A stretch of DNA of 64,000 nt from an uncultured Chloroflexia bacterium (GCA_963825545.1 CAWGTR010000013.1:31660-95659), one strand, 5' to 3'. Counted from the stretch's first letter, positions 1-9,441 are shown. Notes: generated by a model not told the origin, from the sequence alone. Numbers and translations: made by a program.

Positions 1-1
1 G

Positions 2-259
2 TCGATCGCCGGCGACGTCGCCCTGACCGAGGTGCGCGCCCACGGCGACGGCCAGGATCCGACCTACCTTGCCCGGGTCGTCGACGCGATCGGCGACCAG
101 GATCGCCTGGTCATCTCGGGATCCGATCCGGTCCGCCTGGCGCTCGAGCGCGAGTACGTGACGATCTTCCACCGCCCGGACCGGCTGGTAGAGGTCGAGC
201 CGGCCGAGCCGCTCGACCGGTGGGCGCTGGCCGAGCGAGCGCGGGCGATCGCCAGCTGA
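2..259 (+). CDS. small conserved protein, C-terminal part (5' end outside the window); paralog of the 1766-2270 product
   Basis: Open frame from nt 2 to TGA at 257-259 with G/C-rich third positions. Matches the C-terminal half of the 1766-2270 product by eye (YLARVVDAI/YLDTVAEHL, LVISGSDPVRLALERE/LIIGPGTVRQHLERS, EPLDRWALAER/GPLTDGQLVDR). Confidence 0.5.
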   Translation, partial: SIAGDVALTEVRAHGDGQDPTYLARVVDAIGDQDRLVISGSDPVRLALEREYVTIFHRPDRLVEVEPAEPLDRWALAERARAIAS

Positions 260-302
260 ACCGAGCTCCGCGACACGTCAGCGCGGCCCGAGCCGCGACG
301 CG

Positions 303-971
303 TCAGGGGTTGGTGGGCGTGACGTCCAGGACGAGGCGCGACGGCGCGGTGAGGATCGAGACCCGAACGCACGCCGGTCCATTGAGCCCGGCGATCCAGG
401 TCGCGTCGCCCTCGTAGCCCGCGATCTGGCGCAGCTCGACCAGGGTCGGGTAGCCGGGCTTGATGTCGTTCGCGGCGTCGGGGACGGTCTCGACCGCGAC
501 GTTGGTGAGCTTGATCTGGACGAACGCCGTCCCGTTGATGGTCACTGGCTGGTCGCTCGGGTCGAGCTTGAACGGCGGCGCCACGGACGTGATCCGGATC
601 GACGGCCGCTTGCCGGCCGCGAACTCGTAGACGATCCGGTCGTAGCCCGGATGGCTCCCGACGCGGACGTCGGACATCCGCACCGACAGGGAGCCGCCGG
701 CGCGGACGTACGGCAGCTTCGTGCAGGCGAACGCCGCGGTCGGTTGCGGGCTGGCCGTCGGCGTGGGACTCGGACTGGCCGTCGGCGTGGGGGCTTCGGT
801 GGGGGTGGCGGCCGGCTCCGTGCTCGGTGAGGCGATCGACGTCGATGGCGAGCTGGATGCCGCCGGGGACGCGGAGGCCGGGATGCTGCCCGCGGTCGAT
901 CCACAGGCGACGACGATCGAGGCGAGCGCGACGAGGGTCACGGATCGGGCCAGCGATCCAACGCGGACCAT
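303..971 (-). CDS. lipoprotein with Ser/Pro/Thr-rich linker and C-terminal beta-rich domain
   Basis: ATG at 971-969 (MVRVGSLARSVTLVALASIVVAC). Lipobox VVAC, then a long S/P/T/A linker, then a globular C-terminal domain. The longer 400-aa ORF upstream is Arg/Pro-rich and looks non-coding. Confidence 0.7.
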   Translation of the reverse strand: MVRVGSLARSVTLVALASIVVACGSTAGSIPASASPAASSSPSTSIASPSTEPAATPTEAPTPTASPSPTPTASPQPTAAFACTKLPYVRAGGSLSVRMSDVRVGSHPGYDRIVYEFAAGKRPSIRITSVAPPFKLDPSDQPVTINGTAFVQIKLTNVAVETVPDAANDIKPGYPTLVELRQIAGYEGDATWIAGLNGPACVRVSILTAPSRLVLDVTPTNP

Positions 972-1244
972 GTGGTCCTCCTGATCTGGCCCCGGGTCGG
1001 TCCGGAGGCCGATGCCATCATCGACCGATCCCGCGGGCTGCCAAGTGCGGAACGGACCGTCCCGTTCCGACTCCGGTGCTTGGGCGCGCCGGCGCACCGA
1101 CTGAGACGCGCGGCCGCCGACCGTTGCGGCGGGGGCACCGACGACCGGGTTCGGTCGTTCGGGACGTTCGGCACGCGACGAGGCAGCCGGACGGCGGTTG
1201 TCGCGAGGGTGCACCCGGGACACGCTGGTCGAACGGAGGCTGCC

Positions 1245-1766
1245 ATGAATACGGATACGGTCTCGGCGGTCGTTGGACCGCACCCGGGGCTCGTCGCCTG
1301 GCTGAGCGCCCACGACGTCGACCACGAGCTCCACGAACATCGGCGGACCCAGACCGCCCGGCAGACGGCCCGGGCCGAGAGGGTCGACCCGCGGACGTTC
1401 GCCAAGGTCGTCGGCGTGCACGTCGTCGACGACCGCGACGCGTTGCTCGTCATCGACGCGACCGATCAGGTCGACCTGGCCAAGGCGCGGGTGGCGCTCG
1501 GCCACGAGTCAGTGCGCCTGCTGACGGAGAGCGAGCTCGCTGCGCTGGCGCCGGATTGCGAGGTCGGGGCCATCCCCGCGGTCGGTGAGCTGTTCGGCCT
1601 GCCGACCTATGCCGACTACGCGGTGGAGGACGACGACGAGATCAGCTTCAACGCCGGGACGCATCGCTTCGCCGTGCGCGTCGATCGCCAGGCCTGGGAG
1701 CGCGCCGGCGCTGTGATCTACGTCGATCTCGTCCAGCGTGGGGACGTGCCAGCCTGGGCACGCTGA
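1245..1766 (+). CDS. YbaK/EbsC-type aminoacyl-tRNA deacylase-like protein
   Basis: ATG at 1245, preceded by GGAGG at 1235-1239. About 173 aa, with segments typical of YbaK-type trans-editing domains (KVVGVHV..DALLVI, DLAKAR..., VGAIPAVG, ISFNAGTH). Confidence 0.65.
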   Translation: MNTDTVSAVVGPHPGLVAWLSAHDVDHELHEHRRTQTARQTARAERVDPRTFAKVVGVHVVDDRDALLVIDATDQVDLAKARVALGHESVRLLTESELAALAPDCEVGAIPAVGELFGLPTYADYAVEDDDEISFNAGTHRFAVRVDRQAWERAGAVIYVDLVQRGDVPAWAR

Positions 1767-2270
1767 TGGGCGCGGCTTCAGGACCGGATCGACCCGAGAC
1801 GGCCACGGTGGAGCCGACCGGCCGGCCTTGGGTCGTGGTATGGGTCGACTCGAAGGGCGCCACGATCTGCCGCTGGCTTGCGAGCGGGGCACGGATCGAC
1901 CGCGTGCGGTCGGATGTCCCGGCCCGATCATCGGTCGACCGGCCACGTTCGGCACGATCCGATGAACCGTCACGGCGGTGGCGGACCCAAGCAGACGGCC
2001 GGTGAGCCGCGTCGCATCGAGCACCTCGCACGGTACCTGGACACCGTCGCGGAGCACCTGCCCGAGGACGCGGACGTCCTGATCATCGGGCCCGGAACCG
2101 TCCGACAGCACCTCGAGCGCAGCCTCCGCGAGGCGGATGAGCATCGCCATCGGAGGCGGACGATCCGGTGCCGGCCCGCCGGGCCGCTGACCGATGGTCA
2201 GCTCGTCGATCGACTCAACCGGCTGGTCGGTGCCGATCCGATCCGCCGATCGGTCGGCGCGTATCGCTGA
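1766..2270 (+). pseudogene. small conserved protein (possibly host-attachment/eRF1-domain-like), reading frame broken near 1915-1926
   Basis: ATG at 1766 overlaps the TGA of the upstream gene (TGATG). The N-terminal part (PWVVVWVDSKGATICRW..RVRSDVP) is in one frame. The C-terminal part (HVRHDPMNRHGGGGPKQTAGEPRRIEHLARYL...) is in the frame of ORF 1878-2270. The switch lies at cccggccc. Confidence 0.5.
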
Positions 2271-2444
2271 GGCGCGATCCCGGCCGAGGGTCGCGGTCCT
2301 TCCGAAGGGCCAAGGCGACCAACTTGACGTGGCCTCCGGCACGAACTGCGGGCTCGGCCGCGATGCCTTGCGACGTGGTGGCGTGGTTGAATGGGCCGTG
2401 GGCCGATCGCACGGCCCGGATCGCATCCGCGGCAGGGGTTGGGA

Positions 2445-2729
2445 ATGTGCATCGGGATCCCCGGGCAGGTGGTCGACATCGCGGGTCGCGCGGAGACCGC
2501 GACCGTGGCCGTCCAGGGCACGAACCGGACGGTCAGCCTCGCCCTGCTCGACGGGGAGCCGCCGAAGCCCGGTGACTGGGTCGTGATCCAGCTGGGCTTC
2601 GCCCTCGAGCGCCTGACCGACGACGAGGCGGCAGAGGCGATCCGGCTCCTCGACGTGCTCACCGGCTCGACCGCCGACGACCTGCTCGGCGACTACGCCG
2701 CGGCGGCCGTTCCGGCACGGAGCGACTGA
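2445..2729 (+). CDS. hypC: HypC/HybG/HupF-family hydrogenase maturation chaperone-like protein
   Basis: Starts with the family-defining MCIGIPGQVV. Later has PGDWVVIQLGFALERL. About 94 aa, the typical HypC size. Confidence 0.85.
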   Translation: MCIGIPGQVVDIAGRAETATVAVQGTNRTVSLALLDGEPPKPGDWVVIQLGFALERLTDDEAAEAIRLLDVLTGSTADDLLGDYAAAAVPARSD

Positions 2730-2785
2730 CCGGCGTCGCCGGCCGGCCACAGGACCGCGGGGCGGCCTCCTTTCATCAGGGTCTA

Positions 2786-4069
2786 ATGCTCGTCCGGTTG
2801 GATGGTCGAATGCAGGGCCGCCCTCGACCCGGACGCCGCCCGCCCCACGCTCATCGACCGGCCAGCCGCCGGCTGCCGCTCACCAGGCTCGCGACCGGTG
2901 CCCTGGCGGCCGTCCTGGGGTACGCCGCCCTGGCCGGGCCGGGCGGGGCGGCCATCGGCGCGCTGGGCACCGCCGTCGGCCTCGGGATGAGCCCCGCGCC
3001 GGTACCGTCCGCCTGGCAGGACACGCGGTCGCCCGCCATCGGCGGTCCGGTGACCGGATCGGCAGCGCCGACGGGCGATGGCACGGCGGCACCGGCGACG
3101 TCCGGCCCACCAGCTGCATCGCCGGCGAACCTGGGGCAAGGGCCTGGTCCGATCCTGGCGGCCCCGATCGCCGGGCACCTCGGGCTTGGCCTCCTCATCG
3201 CCGATCGCGGCAATGGGCGGCTGCTCATCGTGAACCAGGCCGGTCGCACGCTGTGGCGGTTCCCGATCAAGGGCAGCCTGCCGCGAGGCCAGGCGTTCTC
3301 GGCCGACGACGCCTTCGTGGCCGCCGACGGCCGAACGATCGTTGCGAACGACGAGGCGCATCAAGTCGTCGATCGGATCGACATCGTGAGCCACCGAGTG
3401 ATCTGGCAGTACGGCACCTACGCCCGGGCAGGATCCGCGCGCGGCTACCTCCACACGCCCGACGACGCCTACCCGCTCGCGAACGGAGACATCACCGTGG
3501 CCGACATCCGGAACTGCCGCATCCTCGAGATCTCGCGGGCCAGGCGGATCGTCCACGAATGGGGTCGCCCCGGCCGTTGCACCGATCATCCGCCACGGAG
3601 CTTGAGCGATCCGAACGGTGATACGCCACTCGCCGACGGGGGCATGCTGATCACCGAGATCGGCGGCTCGCGGGTCATCCGGCTCGGGGCCCGCGGCCAG
3701 GTCCGCTTCGACATTCACGTCCCGGTTGCGTACCCATCCGACGCCCAGCTCGATCCGAACGGCAACGTCCTGGTGGTCGACTATTCCGCGATCGGGTCGG
3801 TCCTGGAAGTGAGTCCGCACGGCCACGTGCTGTGGCGATATCGGGTGACATCGGGACCAGGGCGGCTCGATCACCCGAGCCTCGCCATCCTGCTGCCTGA
3901 CGGGACGATCGCCGTGAACGACGACTTCCGCCATCGCGTCGTGATCATCGACCCGAGGACCCGGCGGATCGTCTGGCAGTACGGGCACACTGACCGGCCC
4001 GGGCGGGCCCGCGGGTACCTGTTCGTCCCCGACGGAATCGACGTGGTCCCGCTCGGCACGACGCTGTAG
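2786..4069 (+). CDS. secreted beta-propeller repeat protein
   Basis: N-terminal Arg-rich region plus hydrophobic segment (RRLPLTRLATGALAAVLGYAALAG). Pro/Ala/Gly linker, then repeated strands (LLIADRGNGRLLIV, IVANDEAHQVV, VIWQYG twice), typical of NHL/arylsulfotransferase-like propellers. Confidence 0.7.
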   Translation: MLVRLDGRMQGRPRPGRRPPHAHRPASRRLPLTRLATGALAAVLGYAALAGPGGAAIGALGTAVGLGMSPAPVPSAWQDTRSPAIGGPVTGSAAPTGDGTAAPATSGPPAASPANLGQGPGPILAAPIAGHLGLGLLIADRGNGRLLIVNQAGRTLWRFPIKGSLPRGQAFSADDAFVAADGRTIVANDEAHQVVDRIDIVSHRVIWQYGTYARAGSARGYLHTPDDAYPLANGDITVADIRNCRILEISRARRIVHEWGRPGRCTDHPPRSLSDPNGDTPLADGGMLITEIGGSRVIRLGARGQVRFDIHVPVAYPSDAQLDPNGNVLVVDYSAIGSVLEVSPHGHVLWRYRVTSGPGRLDHPSLAILLPDGTIAVNDDFRHRVVIIDPRTRRIVWQYGHTDRPGRARGYLFVPDGIDVVPLGTTL

Positions 4070-4149
4070 GACGAGCCGTCGGCCCGACCGCCCGGGGGCG
4101 GAGCAGTCGACCGTCGCCTTGGCGCGGCGCCCGCAGTCGCCGGTTCGCC

Positions 4150-4155
4150 TAGACT
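4150..4155 (+). promoter_or_regulatory. candidate -10 box TAGACT, 9 nt upstream of ATG 4165
   Basis: Fits the actinobacterial TAnnnT consensus. No SD between the box and the start. Confidence 0.35.
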
Positions 4156-4164
4156 CGCGACACG

Positions 4165-4953
4165 ATGCCGGACACGCCTTCAGCGACGGGCCCTCGCGGC
4201 CGACGATCGATCGAGCTGCCGCCCGCGTCGCAGGCCGGGATCCTCCGCTTCATCCACTACGGGTTCATGCCCAACCGGCTCGGCTACTGCGGCCCCGACG
4301 ACAACCGGCGCCTGTTCGACCACGGCGTCGCCGGCCAGGCCGATGCCTCGCTGATCCCGTCGCTGGCCAAGTTCCTCGGTCCCCTGCCCTACCTCCGGGC
4401 GATCGCGGCCGGGTCCGACCTCGCCGACCCGTTCGACGACCGGGTCGTCGAGGCGTACTGGATCGGCAACGACCTGCTCGAGCGGTTCGCCTCCAAGGAG
4501 CTCTACGCGGCCCTGCGCGAGCGGTTCAGGTCACAGCTCCCGCCCAAGATCATGGACCTGGTCGCGGACAAGATCCCGGCCGGCGCCCTGCCCCATCACA
4601 GCTTCCACGTCTTCGACGTGTGGCTCCGGGTGGGCCGCCTCGACGGCAACGTCCTGTCCACCCTCGACAACTGCCGGGTCAGCTGGGGACGCGTCGTCTC
4701 GGTCGACGGGACGACGATCGGCGTCGACCGGCCACCGCTCGTCCTGCGCGGCGGCAAGCTCGGCCTCGGCGCCGCGAAGCGGGTCTATGTCACCCGACTC
4801 GTCGACGGGCGCGGCTTCGTCACCGAGCTCGCCCCGGGCGATCTCGTGTCGCTCCACTGGGGCTGGGTCTGCGAACGGCTGGCCGAGCGCCAGGGCCGGG
4901 ACCTGGAGCGCTACACGCGCCACCACATCCGGCTGGCGAACCAGACGCTCTGA
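4165..4953 (+). CDS. DUF6390-like protein with C-terminal HypC-like domain
   Basis: 262-aa ORF with good GC3. The C-terminal ~90 aa align by eye to the neighbouring HypC (NCRVSWGRVVSV.. vs MCIGIPGQVVDI..; APGDLVSLHWGWVCERL vs KPGDWVVIQLGFALERL). TAGACT box at 4150-4155, 9 nt upstream of the ATG. Confidence 0.75.
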   Translation: MPDTPSATGPRGRRSIELPPASQAGILRFIHYGFMPNRLGYCGPDDNRRLFDHGVAGQADASLIPSLAKFLGPLPYLRAIAAGSDLADPFDDRVVEAYWIGNDLLERFASKELYAALRERFRSQLPPKIMDLVADKIPAGALPHHSFHVFDVWLRVGRLDGNVLSTLDNCRVSWGRVVSVDGTTIGVDRPPLVLRGGKLGLGAAKRVYVTRLVDGRGFVTELAPGDLVSLHWGWVCERLAERQGRDLERYTRHHIRLANQTL

Positions 4954-4984
4954 TCCGCCGGCCGTGCCGGTGGTCCGAACCCGG

Positions 4985-5599
4985 TCAGCCCTCGACGAGC
5001 GGCTCGTCGACCACGTGCGACGCGATGAACCAGGTCTGCAGCTCGTGGCGTCGGAGCACGTCGCCCATGAGCAGGTCGTTCGTGCCCCAGTCGCCGTTCT
5101 TCTCCGTCCGCTCGATCCCCCGGCGGACCTTCTCGACGATCGTCTCGTGCGCATCGAGCAGCCGGTGGATCATGGCCGGGACCTCCTCGGCGCCGTCGGG
5201 CGGCCGCTCGATCGTTGTCAGCTCGGCCGCGTGGCGCGGGTCGCCGACGGCGATCCCGCCCAGGCTCTGGACGCGCTCGGCGAGCAGGTCGACCAGCTCG
5301 GCCTGCTCCTCGGCGTGCTTGTCGAACAGGAGGTGGAGCTGATAGAACGTCGGGCCGGCGACGAGCCAGTGGTGCTTCTTGTACAGGGCGTAGAGGACCA
5401 TCGTGTCGGCGAGGATCTCGTTCAGCACTGCGCAGCTGTCCGACCGCGCTTCGGCCGCCAGGGCGATCGGCATCAGGCGAAGGGCGCCGAAGCGCTGGAT
5501 CTCGACCCCGAGCGGGGCGAGCTTCGTGTTCGGCGACCGACGGCCGGTCCGGCCGTTCGAGGACCGGGAGCTTCGGGCTACGTGGGTCTTCGTCGGCAT
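4985..5599 (-). CDS. dps: Dps-family DNA-protecting ferritin-like protein with basic N-terminal tail
   Basis: ATG at 5599-5597 with an AGGAGG-like SD (cctcct at 5607-5612). Dps hallmarks LYALYKKHHWLV.GP.F..LH.LFD.H..E. Confidence 0.9.
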   Translation of the reverse strand: MPTKTHVARSSRSSNGRTGRRSPNTKLAPLGVEIQRFGALRLMPIALAAEARSDSCAVLNEILADTMVLYALYKKHHWLVAGPTFYQLHLLFDKHAEEQAELVDLLAERVQSLGGIAVGDPRHAAELTTIERPPDGAEEVPAMIHRLLDAHETIVEKVRRGIERTEKNGDWGTNDLLMGDVLRRHELQTWFIASHVVDEPLVEG

Positions 5600-5678
5600 G
5601 GCGATTCCTCCTGCTGGGTTGGGTCGGACTCGGTGATGGGCTGGCCGGCCGCCGGTCCGCGCGTCGCGTCGGTTCGGC

Positions 5679-6227
5679 TCACGCCGGTTCGGGTTCGGCC
5701 GGCCGGCGCGCGACGAGCTCGGCGACCCACTCGGCGAGGCGGTCACGGTGCTCGGCGTAGTGCTCCGGCCCCGACTTGCGGATCCACCAGGCCGCCTCGT
5801 CGCTCGCGGCAGTGAGCGCGAACCACTCCTGGAGCATCCGGGTCCGCGCACTGTGGGCCTGGGCCCACGCGACGTTCCATGGCTGGTCGCGCATGGCTTC
5901 GAGGAATGCCGCGTTGAGCGCGTCGATGTCGACCTCGTGACCCTCGTACGTGCCCGCGTTGATGCGGGCGAGCTCGACCTCGGCCTGGGCGAGCCAGGTC
6001 CCGACGTGGGCCACGAGGTCGCGCACCGTCCAGTCCGGGTCGACGTAGTAGCCCGGGACCAGGCACTCCTCGGGCTCGAGCCGGCGGATGAGCGCGGTCA
6101 GCTCGTACCAGCCACGGCGCTCGGCGTCGATCTCGGTGGCGAACGGATGTCCCGGAGGCGGCATGGGATCAGGGGCCGTCGGGATGCCTGCTGCCGCCTC
6201 GACGGGCGTCGTCGGGGCCGGTCTCAT
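5679..6227 (-). CDS. DinB-like / mycothiol-dependent maleylpyruvate isomerase N-terminal domain protein
   Basis: WTVRDLVAHVGTWLAQ and later EHYAEHRDRL, typical of DinB-fold four-helix metal-binding proteins. An alternative internal start is possible. Confidence 0.65.
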   Translation of the reverse strand: MRPAPTTPVEAAAGIPTAPDPMPPPGHPFATEIDAERRGWYELTALIRRLEPEECLVPGYYVDPDWTVRDLVAHVGTWLAQAEVELARINAGTYEGHEVDIDALNAAFLEAMRDQPWNVAWAQAHSARTRMLQEWFALTAASDEAAWWIRKSGPEHYAEHRDRLAEWVAELVARRPAEPEPA

Positions 6228-6382
6228 GTCGGCATGCGGTGGCGGAGCATCGGGCCTCCTCTGCGCGGATGACGGCAGTTTCCCCGGCCGACACTCCAGC
6301 CGTCATCCCCTGACCAGCGGCCTCGTTGCGGTGGTGTTGCAGCGTGGCGGGCCGAGGCCGCCGGGCGGCTCGCATGCCGGCC

Positions 6383-6808
6383 TCAGAAGTCGTGCCGGCC
6401 GGCGAAGTGGTCCTCCACCTCCGGCCGCGACCGCTCGTACACGGCGATCCGCTGCCCACCCGGCGTCCGGAACGAGGAGCACGGGCCGGGCGGGATCTCG
6501 AGCACCGGCCCGCGCTCCCAGCCCCGCTCGGCGAGGTGGTCGAGCGAGCGCTCGAGGTCGCTGACCCGGAAGATCAGGATCGGTCGCTCGCCGACGAGGT
6601 GGTCGGTGAGCAGGATTCGCGGCGGCCCGTCGGTCAGCGCGACCATCGCCACCCGGGTTCCCATCGCGTCGATCGCGAACACGAGCCGGGCGCCGAGGAC
6701 GTCGACGAAGTGGCGCATGTCGGCCGCCACGTCGGCGCTCGGCATGTAGAGATAGTCGAGGCCCTCGAACGGCACGGCGTGCTCGCCCCGGGGAAAGTCG
6801 TCCGCCAC
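6383..6808 (-). CDS. VOC (glyoxalase/bleomycin resistance/dioxygenase) family protein
   Basis: 141 aa. LDYLYMPSADVAADMRHFVDVLG... and a second half-domain with PGPCSSFRTPGGQRIAVYE. Confidence 0.7.
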   Translation of the reverse strand: MADDFPRGEHAVPFEGLDYLYMPSADVAADMRHFVDVLGARLVFAIDAMGTRVAMVALTDGPPRILLTDHLVGERPILIFRVSDLERSLDHLAERGWERGPVLEIPPGPCSSFRTPGGQRIAVYERSRPEVEDHFAGRHDF

Positions 6809-6908
6809 GGTCCGCCTCCGCGATCGGGGCTGGCGCGCCGCCGGTGCGCCGTCGCCTCGCGTCCCGAACCTTTGGCCGCGAGTTGGCCGGTGTCAAGCCG
6901 GCCGCCGG

Positions 6909-7646
6909 TCAGCCCTTCGTGAAGAAGAGCTGGAGCTCCATCGTGGCCTCGTCGGCGACCGAGACGACCGCGAACGAGTTCGGCTTCGTCATGCCGTAGT
7001 CGGTCCACACGATCGGCAGCGAGCCGGTCACGACGATCACGCTGCCCGACAGCCTCGCGGTGAGCGGGATCTGGACGTCCTTCGTCTGGCCGTGGAGCGT
7101 CAGCTGTCCGGTGGCGGTCACGGTCACTTGCTGGCCGTCGACCGGCACCGAGCCCAGGTCGATCGGCGAGGTGAGCGTGAAGGTCGCGGTCGGGAACTGA
7201 CTCGTCTGGATGCCCTGGCGGGCCAGCTGGCCGTCCCGCCGCGGATCGTCGCTCTGGAGCGACGTCAGGTCGGCCTGGATCGTCGCCGCCGTCACCTTCG
7301 TCCCCGAGATCGTCATCGTCCCGCTGACGTCCGGCGTCCGGCCGACCGCCGTGTTCCCGCCGATGCTCGCCAGCTGCTCCTGGACGCGATACCCGACGAA
7401 CGAGGAGGTGTTGTCGGCGAACGACCCGATCGAGGTGTCGACCTTCCACGTCCCGTCGATGCCACCGGTGAGCGGGGCGGACGATGCCACGCTCGACGGC
7501 AGGGCGAGGTTCGACGCGTCGACGGCGGCCGGGCCGGCGGGGCGGAAGAAGAGGTACCACAGGCCGTAGGCTCCGGCGAGCACGAGCGCCACCACGATCA
7601 CCACGATCGCTGCGCCGACCACGGTCCTTCGGGTATCCCCGGTCAT
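6909..7646 (-). CDS. YceI-family periplasmic/membrane-anchored protein
   Basis: ATG at 7646 with a GAGGAGGG SD. N-terminal TM helix. YceI signatures GTWKVD..S.V.F.V, SDD.RRD and LTLHG.TK.V. Confidence 0.85.
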   Translation of the reverse strand: MTGDTRRTVVGAAIVVIVVALVLAGAYGLWYLFFRPAGPAAVDASNLALPSSVASSAPLTGGIDGTWKVDTSIGSFADNTSSFVGYRVQEQLASIGGNTAVGRTPDVSGTMTISGTKVTAATIQADLTSLQSDDPRRDGQLARQGIQTSQFPTATFTLTSPIDLGSVPVDGQQVTVTATGQLTLHGQTKDVQIPLTARLSGSVIVVTGSLPIVWTDYGMTKPNSFAVVSVADEATMELQLFFTKG

Positions 7647-7833
7647 CGATCCCTCCTCATCGTTCGAGCGCTGCCGGCGCGTCGAGCGATCGCGTCCAGG
7701 CCGTCGAGGTGCATGCCGGCAGCCTGCCGGGGGCCGTCTTTCGGGAACGTTACGGGCATCGGACGATCCGCGCCCCGGCGTGGGCCGATGGGACGGCTGG
7801 CATCCGGCGCGGCCAGAGCGCAGACTGGCCGCC

Positions 7834-9441
7834 ATGATCGATCGACCGCGCCGCCTCGTCGGGCTCGTCCCCGCCCTCGTCATCGCCGGGGCCCTGCTCG
7901 CCGGCACCGCCGGTGGAGCCACGGCCTCCGAGTTCCCGAAGGGCTGGGAGGGATTCCACAGCTACACCGAGCTGACGACCGAGATCGCCAATGTCGCCGC
8001 CGCGCACCCGGACATCGTCAAGGTGTTCTCGATCGGCAAGAGCTACAAGGGCCGCGAGCTGTGGGCGGCCAAGGTGTCGGACAACGTCAACGTCGACGAG
8101 CCGGAGCCCGAGGTCCTGTTCGACGGCGGCACGCACTCCGACGAGCACATGGGGGTCGAGATGACCCTCCGCATCTTCCACTGGCTCGTCGACGGCTACG
8201 GCGTCGACCCGCGGATCACGAACATCGTCAACAGCCGCGAGATCTGGATCGTGTTCATGGTCAACCCGGACGGCGCCGAGTACGACATCTCGGGCGGACG
8301 CTTCCACTTCTGGCGCAAGAACCGCCAGCCGACGCCGGGAACGCGGTCGATCGGGACCGACCTCAACCGGAACTACGGCTACAAGTGGGGCGGCGGCGGG
8401 CGGACGAGCTCGAACCCGCAGGCGATCACCTACCGCGGCCCGCGTCCGTTCTCGTCGCCCGAGGACCGCGCGATGCGCGACTTCCTGGCCAGCCGGGTCG
8501 TCGACGGCCGTCAGCAGATCCGGATGGCGATCTCGTTCCACGAGTACGGCCGCCTGGTGATGTGGTCGTACGGCTACACGAAGAAGAACGTGCCCGCCGA
8601 CATGACCGCGACCGACCAGGCGGTCATGGCCAGGATCGGTCGCAGCATGGCCGCCACGAACGGCTACCGGCCCGAGCAGGCCAGCGACCTGTACATCACC
8701 TCGGGCAGCACCCACGACTACGAGTACGGCGTGTACCGGATCATGGCCTACACCTTCGAGCTGTCGATCAAGGACTACCCCGACGACTCGAAGATCCGGT
8801 CCGAGACCGGCCGCAACAAGCAAGCGGTGCTCTACTTGATGGAGCACGCCGGTTGCCCGTATTCCGTCCTCGGGGTCGCCTCCCGGATCGCGCGCTGCGG
8901 CGCCTTCGACGACGACCTCGAGGTCGCCCGCGGCTGGACGGTCAACCCGGACGGCACCGACACCGCGCCGGCGCTCGACCGGTTCGCCCGCGGCGACCCG
9001 CAGGCGACCGCGAGCCTCGGGGCGAAGCAGCTCGGGACGACCCCGTCCGGTCGCGCGGCCTTCGTGACGGGCCTGAAGGCCGGACCGCGGGCGAGCGCCT
9101 ACGACCTCGACGGCACGACGACGATCCGTTCCCCCGCCATCACGCTGCCGGCCGGAGCCGGCCAGCGGCTGACGTTCCGCTATGTCTTCGCCCATGACGC
9201 GCGCTCGTCCTCGGCGGACACGCTCAAGGCGATCGTCGAGACGAGCGACGGGACGCAGACCGTCGTGGCCATCGCGCGCGGGAGCGCCTCGGACGCCGAC
9301 GGTCGCTGGCGGCCCTCCTCGACGCTGCTCGACGCCTGGGCGGGCCAGACCATCCACCTCCGGTTCGAGGCGGCGGACGGCGGCCCCGATAACCTCCTGG
9401 AGGTCGAGCTCGACGACATCCGGGTGACGCAGTCGAGCTGA
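7834..9441 (+). CDS. secreted M14-family zinc carboxypeptidase with C-terminal extra domain
   Basis: Signal peptide MIDRPRRLVGLVPALVIAGALLAG. Zinc ligand motif GGTHSDEHMG, plus NPDGAEY, WRKNR, TDLNRNY and a later FHEYG. Confidence 0.9.
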   Translation: MIDRPRRLVGLVPALVIAGALLAGTAGGATASEFPKGWEGFHSYTELTTEIANVAAAHPDIVKVFSIGKSYKGRELWAAKVSDNVNVDEPEPEVLFDGGTHSDEHMGVEMTLRIFHWLVDGYGVDPRITNIVNSREIWIVFMVNPDGAEYDISGGRFHFWRKNRQPTPGTRSIGTDLNRNYGYKWGGGGRTSSNPQAITYRGPRPFSSPEDRAMRDFLASRVVDGRQQIRMAISFHEYGRLVMWSYGYTKKNVPADMTATDQAVMARIGRSMAATNGYRPEQASDLYITSGSTHDYEYGVYRIMAYTFELSIKDYPDDSKIRSETGRNKQAVLYLMEHAGCPYSVLGVASRIARCGAFDDDLEVARGWTVNPDGTDTAPALDRFARGDPQATASLGAKQLGTTPSGRAAFVTGLKAGPRASAYDLDGTTTIRSPAITLPAGAGQRLTFRYVFAHDARSSSADTLKAIVETSDGTQTVVAIARGSASDADGRWRPSSTLLDAWAGQTIHLRFEAADGGPDNLLEVELDDIRVTQSS

